NCBI GenBank assembly: GCA_964495315.1
Contig: CAZBVH010000001.1
Location: forward strand, 11,248 to 75,247
DNA from: an uncultured Candidatus Bathyarchaeia archaeon
GTDB taxonomy: Archaea > Thermoproteota > Bathyarchaeia > RBG-16-48-13 > GCA-020345945
Reading direction: 5' to 3'
DNA: 64,000 nucleotides
Shown here: in pieces, positions 1-9,567 of the stretch
Layout of the letters: each line of letters starts with the position of its first letter
Numbering within the stretch: position 1 is the first letter of the stretch
The notes under the pieces: model-generated
Databases searched by the model: none
What the model saw: the letters and a program-made list of their open reading frames with translations, nothing else
What the model was told of the DNA's origin: nothing
Made by a program: the position numbers and the translations under genes

Positions 1-807
1 CTCGAACAAGGATACCATTATGTTCGTGCTCAGATTGCAGTTCCCGGGTACTCAACCTACGGGGCTAGAGACATACTAGGCGAACGAAGAGCTTGGAAAC
101 CCATATCACCAGAGCAGGAGAATGTCTTTGAACCCACAGCATACGTGAATGCGGTTCTAGAACTCTTCAAGCATCTTCGAGCTGAATTCGGGTACGATGT
201 CGAACTGCTTCACGATGTGCATGAAAGAGTGCCACCGATCCAGGCGATCACGCTTGCAAAAGAACTGGAGAAATACCGGCTGTTCTTCTTGGAGGATCCT
301 TTTGCCCCCGAAGACATCGAATACTTCCGTATCCTTCGGGAACAGGCGAGCACGCCGGTCGCTATGGGTGAGCTCTTCAACAATCCGAATGAGTATGTGC
401 CCTTGATCAAGGATCGGTTGATCGATTTCATCCGTGTCCACCTATCGCAGATCGGTGGTCTAAGTATGGGGCGCAAGCTTGCCGCGATGTGCGAGTTCTT
501 CGGGGTTAGGACAGCCTGGCACGGTCCAGGTGATGTCTCACCAGTAGGACATGCCGCCAACCTTGCGCTAGACCTTGCCTGCTACAACTTCGGCATTCAG
601 GAGCAGACCGTGTTCGGGGAGACGTCTCGCAAGGTGTTTCCTGGGTGTCCTGAGATCAGGGACGGATACCTCTGGCCGAACGATATGCCTGGGCTTGGGA
701 TCGATGTTGATGAGGAGCTAGCCGCCAAATATCCGTTCCCAGATGACCCCTTACGCGGCGGATGGGAGGCCGTTCGCAAGACCGACGGGACGGTAATCAG
801 ACCATAA
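1..807 (+). CDS. Enolase-superfamily sugar-acid dehydratase (D-galactonate/mannonate dehydratase-like), C-terminal part; 5' end lies outside the window
   Basis: Frame 1 is open from nt 1. The translated region (GYHYVRAQIAVPGY...KELEKYRLFFLEDP...) matches the TIM-barrel domain of the mandelate racemase/muconate lactonizing enzyme family. Confidence 0.8.
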   Translation, partial: LEQGYHYVRAQIAVPGYSTYGARDILGERRAWKPISPEQENVFEPTAYVNAVLELFKHLRAEFGYDVELLHDVHERVPPIQAITLAKELEKYRLFFLEDPFAPEDIEYFRILREQASTPVAMGELFNNPNEYVPLIKDRLIDFIRVHLSQIGGLSMGRKLAAMCEFFGVRTAWHGPGDVSPVGHAANLALDLACYNFGIQEQTVFGETSRKVFPGCPEIRDGYLWPNDMPGLGIDVDEELAAKYPFPDDPLRGGWEAVRKTDGTVIRP

Positions 808-840
808 AGGAATCTCGAATCGTGCGCATCGGGTTGTAGC

Positions 841-2058
841 TCAGCCCTTGCCCGGAGGAATCTTATGGAGTTCCTCGATAGCAGCGCGGACCCTATCCTG
901 GTCTATATCTAAAGCCACGCAGGCCTTATCGGTAATTGTAGTTCCATGTGGGGGGCATCCCGGAACGAAGATGCCGATTTCACGATACTGGTTGGCGCAT
1001 CTCCCAACAACTAGAGGCTTTCCCCTCACCTTTGGGATTTCCTCTGGTCTACCCATGATTACGGTCAACTCCCCAAGCTTACCGTCGTAGCCTGCCTCCC
1101 TCAGGTATACGAATGTGCTGTAGATCTCTCCCATGCATCCTGTGCATGCATCCTTCTCAATGAGGGTAACCGTCCCGAAGCGGCTCCTGAATACCTCGGA
1201 GTACGGCCTGAATCGCCTCGCTACTTCCTCGACTCTCAGTCCTCTAACCTCAATCTGACTCGGATCAGCTGTGCCAAGTCCCTTCTCTTGGGCCAACTGT
1301 ATGTGAAGGACCATTGCAGGGTCAAGGCGCATGATCCTTGCACAGGTGGTGTCGACGGCTACTGGGTCAGCCCCAGCCACTACCAAGTTCAAGTTAACGC
1401 GGTCTCTCGGGTATTCCCAGGTTCCTTCCATGCAGTTGACCGCGTCCACTACGGTGAAATGGGGCTTCACAGCCTTGTTCAGGTCCACGATCGCCCTGTC
1501 CAAACCGCATTGGTGCGTCCTCCTCTTCTCCAAGCCGGGTAAGATGCCTTTCATGTTCTTCAGGCTGCATGTGATCGCTGTCCTGACGTGTGTCTTCAGC
1601 ACGGGTACGCTGATTATGACATCTGCCTCGAGAGCGGTCTTCGCAACCGTGAACTTCTTCATCACGTAGGCATCAGGGATTTCCACCTCAACCGTTTGAT
1701 CCCTGTTCAGGTCGATAAGCTCAACACCGCATCGTTGAGCTACATCTTCGGTCCCGGACATCTTGAACGCGTCCAAGGTATCTCGAAAGTCTGGAAAATC
1801 GTATCCAACACTGGCCCCTTCTCCTATGATGATTCTCCGAGGGTTCCGTTCCTTCGCTATCTTCACAACGGCTTCAGTGACTCTAGCATCCGTGAGGATA
1901 CCTGTACCGGACTCCAACGGGCGCAGAACATTAGGTTTTATCAGAACGGTGGAGCCCCTACCAATCAGGGTGTCCAGCCCTCCGGCTTGCTTTGCCGCTG
2001 ATCTCACTGCTCCCTCAATGTCCTCGTCCTGAACCCGGACAATTGATACAAGAGCCAA
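841..2058 (-). CDS. DUF362 domain protein (putative Fe-S protein)
   Basis: VLIKPNV and VLKTHVRTAITCSLKNMKG motifs are typical of DUF362. Several Cys pairs are present. Confidence 0.7.
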   Translation of the reverse strand: MALVSIVRVQDEDIEGAVRSAAKQAGGLDTLIGRGSTVLIKPNVLRPLESGTGILTDARVTEAVVKIAKERNPRRIIIGEGASVGYDFPDFRDTLDAFKMSGTEDVAQRCGVELIDLNRDQTVEVEIPDAYVMKKFTVAKTALEADVIISVPVLKTHVRTAITCSLKNMKGILPGLEKRRTHQCGLDRAIVDLNKAVKPHFTVVDAVNCMEGTWEYPRDRVNLNLVVAGADPVAVDTTCARIMRLDPAMVLHIQLAQEKGLGTADPSQIEVRGLRVEEVARRFRPYSEVFRSRFGTVTLIEKDACTGCMGEIYSTFVYLREAGYDGKLGELTVIMGRPEEIPKVRGKPLVVGRCANQYREIGIFVPGCPPHGTTITDKACVALDIDQDRVRAAIEELHKIPPGKG

Positions 2059-2276
2059 GACCCCTTCCTCCTACTGATGCCATCACTTTCTGACCAGTCA
2101 GGTTCTATAACATTAACTGAATCGCTCGTACGAGACTCGCAGTCAACCCAGCAGCTAACGGCTTTTCCTGCAATTCACACCTGTCGTCTGACGTTCTGGC
2201 GCATCTAGCCATATCCTTCGATGGCCAACCGCTACCCAAATGACTCTGTCAAAGAGACAAAGGCAGGACGCACCCC

Positions 2277-3245
2277 CTAATACGCATAGTCGAGGATGAT
2301 TGCGGCAGCATAAAGTATCATGGCCAAATGGAAGAGCGGAAGTGCCCTCAATCCTGATTCAGGGTTCTTCCCTCCCATCACTATACAGTTTGCAATGATT
2401 AGTAAGCAGAACGCAATCAAGAACCCACCCAAGGCTATCGATCCCAGCCGTATCAAGAACAGCGGTGCCATACCGAAATGCAGGAGCGTGAACAACAATA
2501 TCCAGCGTGCGGTGCCCTCGGTCCCATACAGCACCGTTACCGTCTTCACATTCCTCGCTTTGTCATTCCTAATATCTGCGAGATCGTTCAATCCAAGATG
2601 TGCCAAGGTCCAAGGATAGAAGAACATGAAATAGGAGAGGGCGGTCCCATCTGGTTGACCATAGCAGAGATAGCCTGCGATAGGGAAGAGGGAGAGATCT
2701 GTTCTTCCTAGAAGCTGTGCTAGAGGGAACCTCTGTTCTCTCTTTCTTACTTGATAGAAGACCTCAACAAAGTAGGAGTAGGCCATCACACCAAGTACAT
2801 ATAGGCTGTTCGGGTACGGAAGCGTAGCTATTAAGGCCGATGAGAGCGTGACAAGAAGTAAGAATAGTCCTAGCGCTTTCCTTGGATCGATTAGGCCCGA
2901 AGAGAGCGGTCTCTCTCCGAACGGTCTCCAATACTTGGTGAGTCTGTCGAATTCGATGTCCTTCTTGTCTATCTCCCTGTCGACATAGTCGTTAAGTACG
3001 AGCCCTGCTTCAAACCCGCATAGTCCGATCAATGCAGCCCTGATAGTCAGCGACCATGAGAAGCTGCCATACTTCTCAAAGGCAAGCACCAAGCCAGAGC
3101 AGAAGAGCAGGGGCCAGACGAACGAGAAATGGGCTCTCGTCAGGTCAATATATGCTCTCAGTGAGTTCTTCATCGTTCTGCTTTTCCTGTTGTGTTGGAG
3201 TGGTGGTTTTGAACCTGAGCCTTGTGGAGTTGCTGTGACCATCAT
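2277..3245 (-). CDS. UbiA-family prenyltransferase (DGGGP synthase-like); true start probably at 3173 (MKNSL...)
   Basis: Polytopic membrane protein with the NDYVDREIDKKD aspartate-rich motif. The long ORF start lies 5 bp from the divergent neighbour's start, which favours the internal Met. Confidence 0.75.
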   Translation of the reverse strand: MMVTATPQGSGSKPPLQHNRKSRTMKNSLRAYIDLTRAHFSFVWPLLFCSGLVLAFEKYGSFSWSLTIRAALIGLCGFEAGLVLNDYVDREIDKKDIEFDRLTKYWRPFGERPLSSGLIDPRKALGLFLLLVTLSSALIATLPYPNSLYVLGVMAYSYFVEVFYQVRKREQRFPLAQLLGRTDLSLFPIAGYLCYGQPDGTALSYFMFFYPWTLAHLGLNDLADIRNDKARNVKTVTVLYGTEGTARWILLFTLLHFGMAPLFLIRLGSIALGGFLIAFCLLIIANCIVMGGKNPESGLRALPLFHLAMILYAAAIILDYAY

Positions 3246-3250
3246 GTTTA

Positions 3251-4264
3251 TTGATAAGTTTTCCGTTTTTTCTGGGAGTTGTGGCTTGGATGATATGGCA
3301 GTTCCTCCTATTCTTGGCAGTTGGGCTGGTCTTCCTTGGGGGTGCCAGTGGGATAGCCGTATCGAATATTGTCGCCATATCCGAGAAGCGAAGGCTCAAG
3401 AAATCTGTTCTGAGCTTTCTTCTGGTCGCCATGTCAACATCGCTTCCTGAGCTTTTCGTCGCCATTAACGCCATTATTCTTGGGGAGATGTCTGTTTCGC
3501 TTGGAGACATCCTTGGCTCCAACATCACGAACATCTCCCTCATAATCGGTGTTTCTCTGCTGGTCGCAAGTCTAAACCACTCTGAACATACAAGAATGGT
3601 TTTGAGCGGTGAGGAGCGACGAGAGCTGATAACTGGATTGATGCTCCTCTCAATAACGCTCCTCACGCTTCTCTACCTCCAGTACGTGGGTCGTGTGATC
3701 GGCATCCTGCTGTTAGGCATCTTCTTCGTTTACTCCTACATACTGGTGCAGAAGAGAAAGGAGGACGGGGACGACAACCCGAACGAGACCACAGATAGAC
3801 GAATAGGAAAGGAGATCGCGCTAACCATCGTCGGGATAGTCGGTGTCCTCATGGGCGCGAGGCTTACGGTTAAGTCTGCGATTGAGATCGCGAACTTCTT
3901 CGGTGTTCCAGGCTCGATCATAGGTGCAACTCTAGTCGCTCTCGGAACCAGTCTGCCTGAACTCGCGGTTGATGTGAGGGCGGCTTACCGAGGCTACTTT
4001 GAGATTGCTTTGGGCGATATCGTTGGGAGTTGCTTCTTGAACTCGACGCTTATTCTCGGTCTCCTATTGACTTTCACGCCGTTCAAGGCAAACTTGCTTG
4101 TCCTGTCTGATCTTATACTGTTCGGCGTGATATCGAATCTTCTCCTATGGTACTTCTTAGGTCTCGGAAAGATAATGGGGAGACGAGAGGCTGTAATTTT
4201 CCTATCCGTCTACGTGGTTTACCTGCTGGGTCTCTTTGAGATTCTTATCTTAAGGGTTGCTTAG
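3251..4264 (+). CDS. Ca2+/Na+ antiporter (CaCA family, YrbG-like)
   Basis: Two alpha-repeat motifs (GDILGSNITNISLIIG and GDIVGSCFLNSTLILG) in about 10 predicted TM helices. Confidence 0.8.
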   Translation: MISFPFFLGVVAWMIWQFLLFLAVGLVFLGGASGIAVSNIVAISEKRRLKKSVLSFLLVAMSTSLPELFVAINAIILGEMSVSLGDILGSNITNISLIIGVSLLVASLNHSEHTRMVLSGEERRELITGLMLLSITLLTLLYLQYVGRVIGILLLGIFFVYSYILVQKRKEDGDDNPNETTDRRIGKEIALTIVGIVGVLMGARLTVKSAIEIANFFGVPGSIIGATLVALGTSLPELAVDVRAAYRGYFEIALGDIVGSCFLNSTLILGLLLTFTPFKANLLVLSDLILFGVISNLLLWYFLGLGKIMGRREAVIFLSVYVVYLLGLFEILILRVA

Positions 4265-4535
4265 TCGGAGTCATGCAGTAATTGCGGTGTCTTGCGATTC
4301 TTGTAGTTCGGTTGATTGCTTGCATAAGGTGACTCTTCCGGTCTGCATTTCTGGAACAGTTTCTGCATGGGTCACTGGCAGGTACTATTACTGAGGATTG
4401 AAACTGTGGTGACGTAGATCTCAATTATCTGAGCACCCGAGGAAATTCTCCCGAACCCAAGACTCCCAAGAGGCCGCGTTCCAGTCGATGCATATCGGCT
4501 ACTGGCCTGTGATTTTCCTTCTCGTGGTCATCTGG

Positions 4536-5744
4536 TCATCGCGTCTCGTCTTCTTTCAAGTATGCCACAAGGACTAGCTCTGACGCTATGAATAGTCCCA
4601 CGCAAAGCGCAAAAGTGGCTGGCGGTCCATATGCGTCCCAGAGCATTGCGCCGACAACAGAGCCTGGAATAGCTATGAGCGTTATCACGGCGAACATGAC
4701 GCTGAACGTTCCAGCCCTCCTGTTTGCAGGCACTAGATCGGCGATGTACGCGTTTCTCGCTGGAAAGTTGAAGGAGTTTGCTATCGGCTCGATCGTTGCG
4801 GCGATGATCAGCCAGTAGAAGTTGGGTGCCATGAAGTATGCGACTGGGATTAGCGGGTACAGGAATCCGGCAATCAGGATCGAGTTCCTCGTTCCAAGGG
4901 TGTCTGAGAGGCGTGCTACGGGTAACCTTGAGGCTATCATCGCAACGAGCGATATGCCGGTAACTATTCCGTATTCCGTATCAGTAATGCCGACGTTCTC
5001 TATACAGTATACGACGAGGAGGGGACTCAAAGCATCTAATGCAAAGTGAGCTATCGCCCTAGAGACCATTATGGTCCGGATCGGTCCGTTGTGGAATACC
5101 CCGGCCGCGGTCTTCCTGAAGTTTTCGCTGATACGCCTCTTTTCCATGCCTGATTTCTCTGCCGTGGTCAGGGTCTCTTCTAGAAATATTGCCCTTACTG
5201 TGTTGGCGAGTAGGACGCATCCGATCGTGATGGCAATAGCTGTCTTCTCTCCCACTAGGACGCCTTGAGCCTCCATGATCACTCCCGCTACAGCCGGTAT
5301 GATGATCCCTGGGATGCTTGTTGCCGTCTCAAACCCTGCGAACGCCCGGGCGCGGTGTCTTGGATCGACGGATTCGGCTTGGATTGCTTGCAGGGGGTTC
5401 TCTCTGATCGAGTCGATGGAGATGAGCACCGTCCCTAGGAGTAGCTGCTCCCAAGACTTGGCCAAGAAATATACGACTAAGCCCAACGGTGCGATATATC
5501 CAGACAGAATGATCAGCCTCTTTCTCCCTGATATGTCAGAGACCGCCCCTCCAGTGAGGTCCATGATCATCCCTAGGGCTCTCCTAAGCGACAGTACGAG
5601 TCCAACCTCGGTCAACGTGGCTCCCAGCGATATTATGTAGAGCGCCCAGAAGGGCGTCCACATGTAGCCGGCGATGCCGTAGATGAACCCTGAGACGTAG
5701 AGAACAACCATGTTTCTGGTTAGGATACCTCTCTCCGACGTCAC
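4536..5744 (-). CDS. MFS transporter
   Basis: 402 aa hydrophobic protein with the MFS 12-TM architecture, including GRKRLIILSGY-like loop motifs. Confidence 0.75.
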   Translation of the reverse strand: MTSERGILTRNMVVLYVSGFIYGIAGYMWTPFWALYIISLGATLTEVGLVLSLRRALGMIMDLTGGAVSDISGRKRLIILSGYIAPLGLVVYFLAKSWEQLLLGTVLISIDSIRENPLQAIQAESVDPRHRARAFAGFETATSIPGIIIPAVAGVIMEAQGVLVGEKTAIAITIGCVLLANTVRAIFLEETLTTAEKSGMEKRRISENFRKTAAGVFHNGPIRTIMVSRAIAHFALDALSPLLVVYCIENVGITDTEYGIVTGISLVAMIASRLPVARLSDTLGTRNSILIAGFLYPLIPVAYFMAPNFYWLIIAATIEPIANSFNFPARNAYIADLVPANRRAGTFSVMFAVITLIAIPGSVVGAMLWDAYGPPATFALCVGLFIASELVLVAYLKEDETR

Positions 5745-5994
5745 TGTCTCTTACTCCTAGCCTCGCCGCTCGGTCCAAGTGTAATGAAGAGTCCCAATCT
5801 TGCAGACGGCTGGAAAAGTGTTTCGAGGCTTCCTCTCACCTCTCTCCGCAATGCCAGAATCGGCTCAGAGGAGTAAAACTAGGATGGGGTTCCAGATGGA
5901 TTCACGGATCTTATCCTACCGGGTCGCAAACTGATGCTGGGGAAAATGATAATTGGTACGGCGCATCAGCTATTGATGGGGAGAGCGTATAGCA

Positions 5995-7785
5995 ATGAGA
6001 ATTCTGAGAGTAGATCTATCAACTGATTCTCTAAAGGACGAGACAATAGACGAGGAGACTGCGAAGAAGTTTGTCGGCGGCCGTGGCATCGGCGTAAAGA
6101 TTCTCTACGATGAACTCAAGGCAGGAATAGACCCGCTCGGTCCAGAGAACAAGCTGATCTTCATGACGGGACCCGCGACTGGCACGGTGTTCCCTGCGAG
6201 TGGGAGATTTCACGTGATCACCAAGTCTCCCCTCACAGGGGGTATCGGCGACGCGAACTGTGGCGGGAACTGGGGGCCGGAGCTGCGCTTCGCTGGGTTC
6301 GATGGAATAATCTTCGAAGGCAAGGCGAAAGATCCGGTCTACCTATGGATCAGGGATGGCGAGGGCGAGCTGAGAGGTGCTGAAGAATACTGGGGGCTCG
6401 GGGTCTGGGATACCGAGGACAAGATTCAGGAAGAACTTGGCGACAAGAGGGCTAAGCTTGCGAGCATCGGTCCAGCCGGAGAGAAGCTTGTACTCATGGC
6501 AGCCATAATGAACGACAAGCACAGGGCCGCGGGGAGAGCAGGGGTCGGGGCTGTGATGGGGTCGAAGAAGCTGAAGGCCGTGGTTGTTCGGGGTGGGCGG
6601 AAGCCGCCGGTGGCGGATCAAGATGGGCTCTCAAGAGCAGCTGAGAAAGCGGTTCAGAAGCTTAAGGAGAACGCTGTGACTGGGGAGGGGCTGCCAAAAG
6701 TGGGCACCGCGATCCTGATCAACGTGAACAACGAGAGTGGGGCACTCCCCACGAGAAACTTCCAGACAGGAGTGTTCCCAGGGGCTGACAAGATCAGCGG
6801 CGAGACCATACAGAAGACGATACTGACTGGCACCAAGCCCTGCTGGGGTTGCTCAATCGCTTGCGGTAGGGTGAGCACGATCACTGAACCTCCATACCAG
6901 GTCGAAGGGGAGGGCCCAGAATACGAGACAGATTGGTCCCTCGGTGCCATGTGTGGGGTCGACGACCTCAACGCCATAACCAAAGCCCACAACATCTGCG
7001 ATGAGATGGGGATGGACCCAATATCCTTCGGGAGCACGGTTGGATGTGCGATGGAGCTGTGTGAGAAGGGGTTGGTTCCCAAAGAGAAGCTTGGCGGAAT
7101 GGAGCTGAAATTCGGCAACCCACAGGCGATCGTTGAGCTGGCTTGGAGAACTGGCATTCGATCAGGGTTCGGAGACGAGATAGCCCAAGGAGCGAAGCGT
7201 CTAGCTGAATCCTATGGCGCCCCTGAGCTCGCTATGCACGTCAAGGGACTGGAGCTTCCCGCCTACGATCCTAGAGGCGTCAAGGGCCACGGGCTAGGCT
7301 ATGCAACTTCAAACCGGGGTGGATGCCACTTGAGGGCCTACATGATTGCCCCTGAGATCCTTGGCATACCTGAGAAGCTTGATCCCCTAAAACCAGATGG
7401 GAAGGCTAAGTGGGTCATCGCGTTTCAAGACATCTTCAGCATGGCTGACTCGTTGGTCGTCTGTAAGTTCCTGACGTTTGCCCTCGGTGCAGAGGACTTA
7501 ACCAGCTTGAGCAACCCAATAACGGGCTGGAACTGGTCCGCAGACGATTTCACGAAGATCGGTGAGCGAATCTACAACCTTGAACGGATGTTCATCAACC
7601 GTGAGGGCTTCTCTAGGAAGGACGACACTCTTCCTGAGAGGCTGCTCAAAGAGCCTATGCCTGAGGGACCCGCCAAAGGGCATGTCGTTGAACTGGATCA
7701 GATGCTTGACGAGTACTATGGACTCCGTGGCTGGAAGGACGGTAGGCCGACAGCAGAGAAGATCAAAGAACTTGGGCTCCGGTAA
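5995..7785 (+). CDS. aor: Tungsten-containing aldehyde:ferredoxin oxidoreductase (AOR family)
   Basis: 596 aa with the MRILRVDLST...GGRGIG...TGPATG N-terminal AOR signature and full-length colinearity with AOR. Confidence 0.9.
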   Translation: MRILRVDLSTDSLKDETIDEETAKKFVGGRGIGVKILYDELKAGIDPLGPENKLIFMTGPATGTVFPASGRFHVITKSPLTGGIGDANCGGNWGPELRFAGFDGIIFEGKAKDPVYLWIRDGEGELRGAEEYWGLGVWDTEDKIQEELGDKRAKLASIGPAGEKLVLMAAIMNDKHRAAGRAGVGAVMGSKKLKAVVVRGGRKPPVADQDGLSRAAEKAVQKLKENAVTGEGLPKVGTAILINVNNESGALPTRNFQTGVFPGADKISGETIQKTILTGTKPCWGCSIACGRVSTITEPPYQVEGEGPEYETDWSLGAMCGVDDLNAITKAHNICDEMGMDPISFGSTVGCAMELCEKGLVPKEKLGGMELKFGNPQAIVELAWRTGIRSGFGDEIAQGAKRLAESYGAPELAMHVKGLELPAYDPRGVKGHGLGYATSNRGGCHLRAYMIAPEILGIPEKLDPLKPDGKAKWVIAFQDIFSMADSLVVCKFLTFALGAEDLTSLSNPITGWNWSADDFTKIGERIYNLERMFINREGFSRKDDTLPERLLKEPMPEGPAKGHVVELDQMLDEYYGLRGWKDGRPTAEKIKELGLR

Positions 7786-7832
7786 TCCACAAAGACTATC
7801 TCCATCCGTCCCCCTATTTTTTTGGACTAAAA

Positions 7833-8120
7833 TTGCCGAAGGTTGAGGTCCGAGTATACGCGACCTTCAGGGAACTCTTTCCATCAAACACTCTAAAGAT
7901 CTCGACCGAAGCACGAGACGTCAGAGAGCTAATAGACTTCTTGACGGGGGAGTACAGTTCAGGCTTCAGAGAAAGGCTGCTCGACAAGGAGACGGGGAGA
8001 CTCCGCCCTTACAACAAGATACTTGTCAATGGGAGAGACATAGATTTCCTAGATTATCTCAAGACAGAGCTGAGAGACGGTGACTCGGTCGTCTTCTTTC
8101 CGCCAGCTGGAGGAGGATAG
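7833..8120 (+). CDS. MoaD/ThiS-like ubiquitin-fold sulfur carrier with C-terminal GG
   Basis: 95 aa starting at TTG, beta-grasp pattern, ending ...FFPPAGGG followed by a stop. Lies immediately downstream of aor. Confidence 0.75.
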   Translation: MPKVEVRVYATFRELFPSNTLKISTEARDVRELIDFLTGEYSSGFRERLLDKETGRLRPYNKILVNGRDIDFLDYLKTELRDGDSVVFFPPAGGG

Positions 8121-8169
8121 AAGCAAGATCAGGTGGTGGGCAGAAACAGACCCGTGAGTTGATCTCGAA

Positions 8170-9402
8170 TTGGAAGACAAGGAAGACCCGATTACGGATC
8201 ATATCCTAACGGCGCGAGAAGGGGAGGTGATCTCACTTCCAAAGAGCATAATGAAGAAGCATGGGATCGCGTTAGGAGAGAAGCTCGAAGTCTATGAGAT
8301 TGGAGGAGACCTCCTACTCAAGAGGACGCATCAAGACGATATAAGACGGCTCTACGTGGAGCCCACAACCGAGTGCAATCTGGGCTGTAGGATCTGCGTA
8401 CGCAAATCCTGGGAAGACCCTATCGGGAGGATGAGCTTAGAGGATTACAGGCGACTGATGAAGATGGCATCAGCCCTTCCAAACCTGGACAGGGTGATCC
8501 TCGGCGGCTTCGGGGAACCTTTGTGTCACCCCGAGATATGCGAGATGATCCGTGTAACCAGGAAGACCCTCGGCGAAGATGTGGGTATCGAACTTACTAC
8601 TAACGCCTCTATCCTAGACGAAGAGACTTCTAGGAGGCTGGTCTCAAGCGGACTGGACAGGTTGATAGTCTCCCTTGATAGCGTCTCTTCCGCCCTATAC
8701 GAAGAGATAAGGAGCGGCGCTGACTTCTCCAGGGTCACAGCGAACATTCTTACCCTTGGCAAGGTGAAAGACAGCCTAGGCGTATCAACTCCCTCCCTCG
8801 CCATAGAGTTCGTTTCCATGAGAAGAAACATTAGAGACCTACCTGAGCTACCGCGCCTTGCCAGCCAGATGGGTGCCTCAGCTATCCTCGTAACCAATCT
8901 CCTTCCGCACACAACCGAGATGCGAGACGAAATCCTATACTCAGACTCGTCGCAGAACGACCTCCTAAATGATCTAAGGCTCCACTCGGTGAGAGAGGCG
9001 ATAAAACACTCCGTAATGCTGACCATGCCTGAAACCGCGTTGGGGACTCAAAGAGAGTGCCGTTTCATCGAGGACGATTCCTGCGTCGTCTCCTGGGACG
9101 GATATGTCAGCCCCTGCTACAGGCTGATGCACACATATCCCTGCTATGTCCTCGGGAGGATCAAGAGGGTGGTGAAGGCTCAGTTCGGGAACGTCACGAA
9201 GGAAAGCCTTAGTGAGATATGGAACTCGGGGGAGTATGTGAGGTTCAGGCACAGAGTGAAGATGTTCAGGTTCCCCTCTTGTCCTGACTGCAAGTTTAGG
9301 GACTATTGTTGGTGGACTGAGACCTCGGAGCATGACTGCTGGGGTGCAAGCCCTTCGTGCGCAGACTGCCTCTGGAGCCGAGGTATCCTTCTCTGCCCTT
9401 AG
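8170..9402 (+). CDS. Radical SAM/SPASM-domain protein (Cmo-like tungsten cofactor-modifying protein) with an N-terminal SpoVT/AbrB-like domain
   Basis: CNLGCRIC CX3CX2C motif plus a Cys-rich C-terminal SPASM/twitch region (CPDCKFRDYCWW...CADC). N-terminal residues 15-55 resemble an AbrB swapped hairpin. The aor-cmo synteny is known from Pyrococcus. Confidence 0.85.
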   Translation: MEDKEDPITDHILTAREGEVISLPKSIMKKHGIALGEKLEVYEIGGDLLLKRTHQDDIRRLYVEPTTECNLGCRICVRKSWEDPIGRMSLEDYRRLMKMASALPNLDRVILGGFGEPLCHPEICEMIRVTRKTLGEDVGIELTTNASILDEETSRRLVSSGLDRLIVSLDSVSSALYEEIRSGADFSRVTANILTLGKVKDSLGVSTPSLAIEFVSMRRNIRDLPELPRLASQMGASAILVTNLLPHTTEMRDEILYSDSSQNDLLNDLRLHSVREAIKHSVMLTMPETALGTQRECRFIEDDSCVVSWDGYVSPCYRLMHTYPCYVLGRIKRVVKAQFGNVTKESLSEIWNSGEYVRFRHRVKMFRFPSCPDCKFRDYCWWTETSEHDCWGASPSCADCLWSRGILLCP

Positions 9403-9567
9403 TCTGAGCCCTCAAAGTCGAGCGCGAAAGGGAGAGATCGGAAGACGTGAAGGATCCGTGGGGCATATTCATGGTTGCCCTGAACTGAGGGAAATCTAAG
9501 GCGTTCTCATTCGAGGCTCATATTCCACGGTGGTTGGTATGCTCACCCAGATTACATGAGTAGAGGT

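Noticed and set aside
157-560. Antisense/alternate-frame ORFs inside the enolase-family gene (157..441-, 197..406+, 210..560-), and similar shadow ORFs throughout the window (for example 6343..6621-, 6654..7157-, 10118..10603+, 21372..21779+, 41906..42340-, 50855..51313-, 51199..52086+, 62252..63004+)
   Set aside because: Each lies wholly within a longer ORF whose product has clear family motifs. They have no recognisable motifs themselves, and their amino-acid compositions (Arg/Ser/Pro-rich) are typical of GC-rich antisense frames.
7786-7832. Poly-T tract (cccctatttttttgg) after aor as an archaeal terminator separating aor from the moaD-like gene
   Set aside because: A T7 run fits archaeal terminators, but it is equally consistent with promoter-proximal AT-rich sequence for the moaD-like gene. 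Co-transcription cannot be decided from sequence alone.
7833-8120. MoaD-like GG protein as a RiPP precursor peptide for the adjacent radical SAM/SPASM enzyme
   Set aside because: At 95 aa it has a full beta-grasp MoaD/ThiS pattern and the canonical C-terminal GG, which fits a sulfur carrier much better than a leader-core peptide. No RRE/PqqD-like domain or protease/exporter genes are adjacent.
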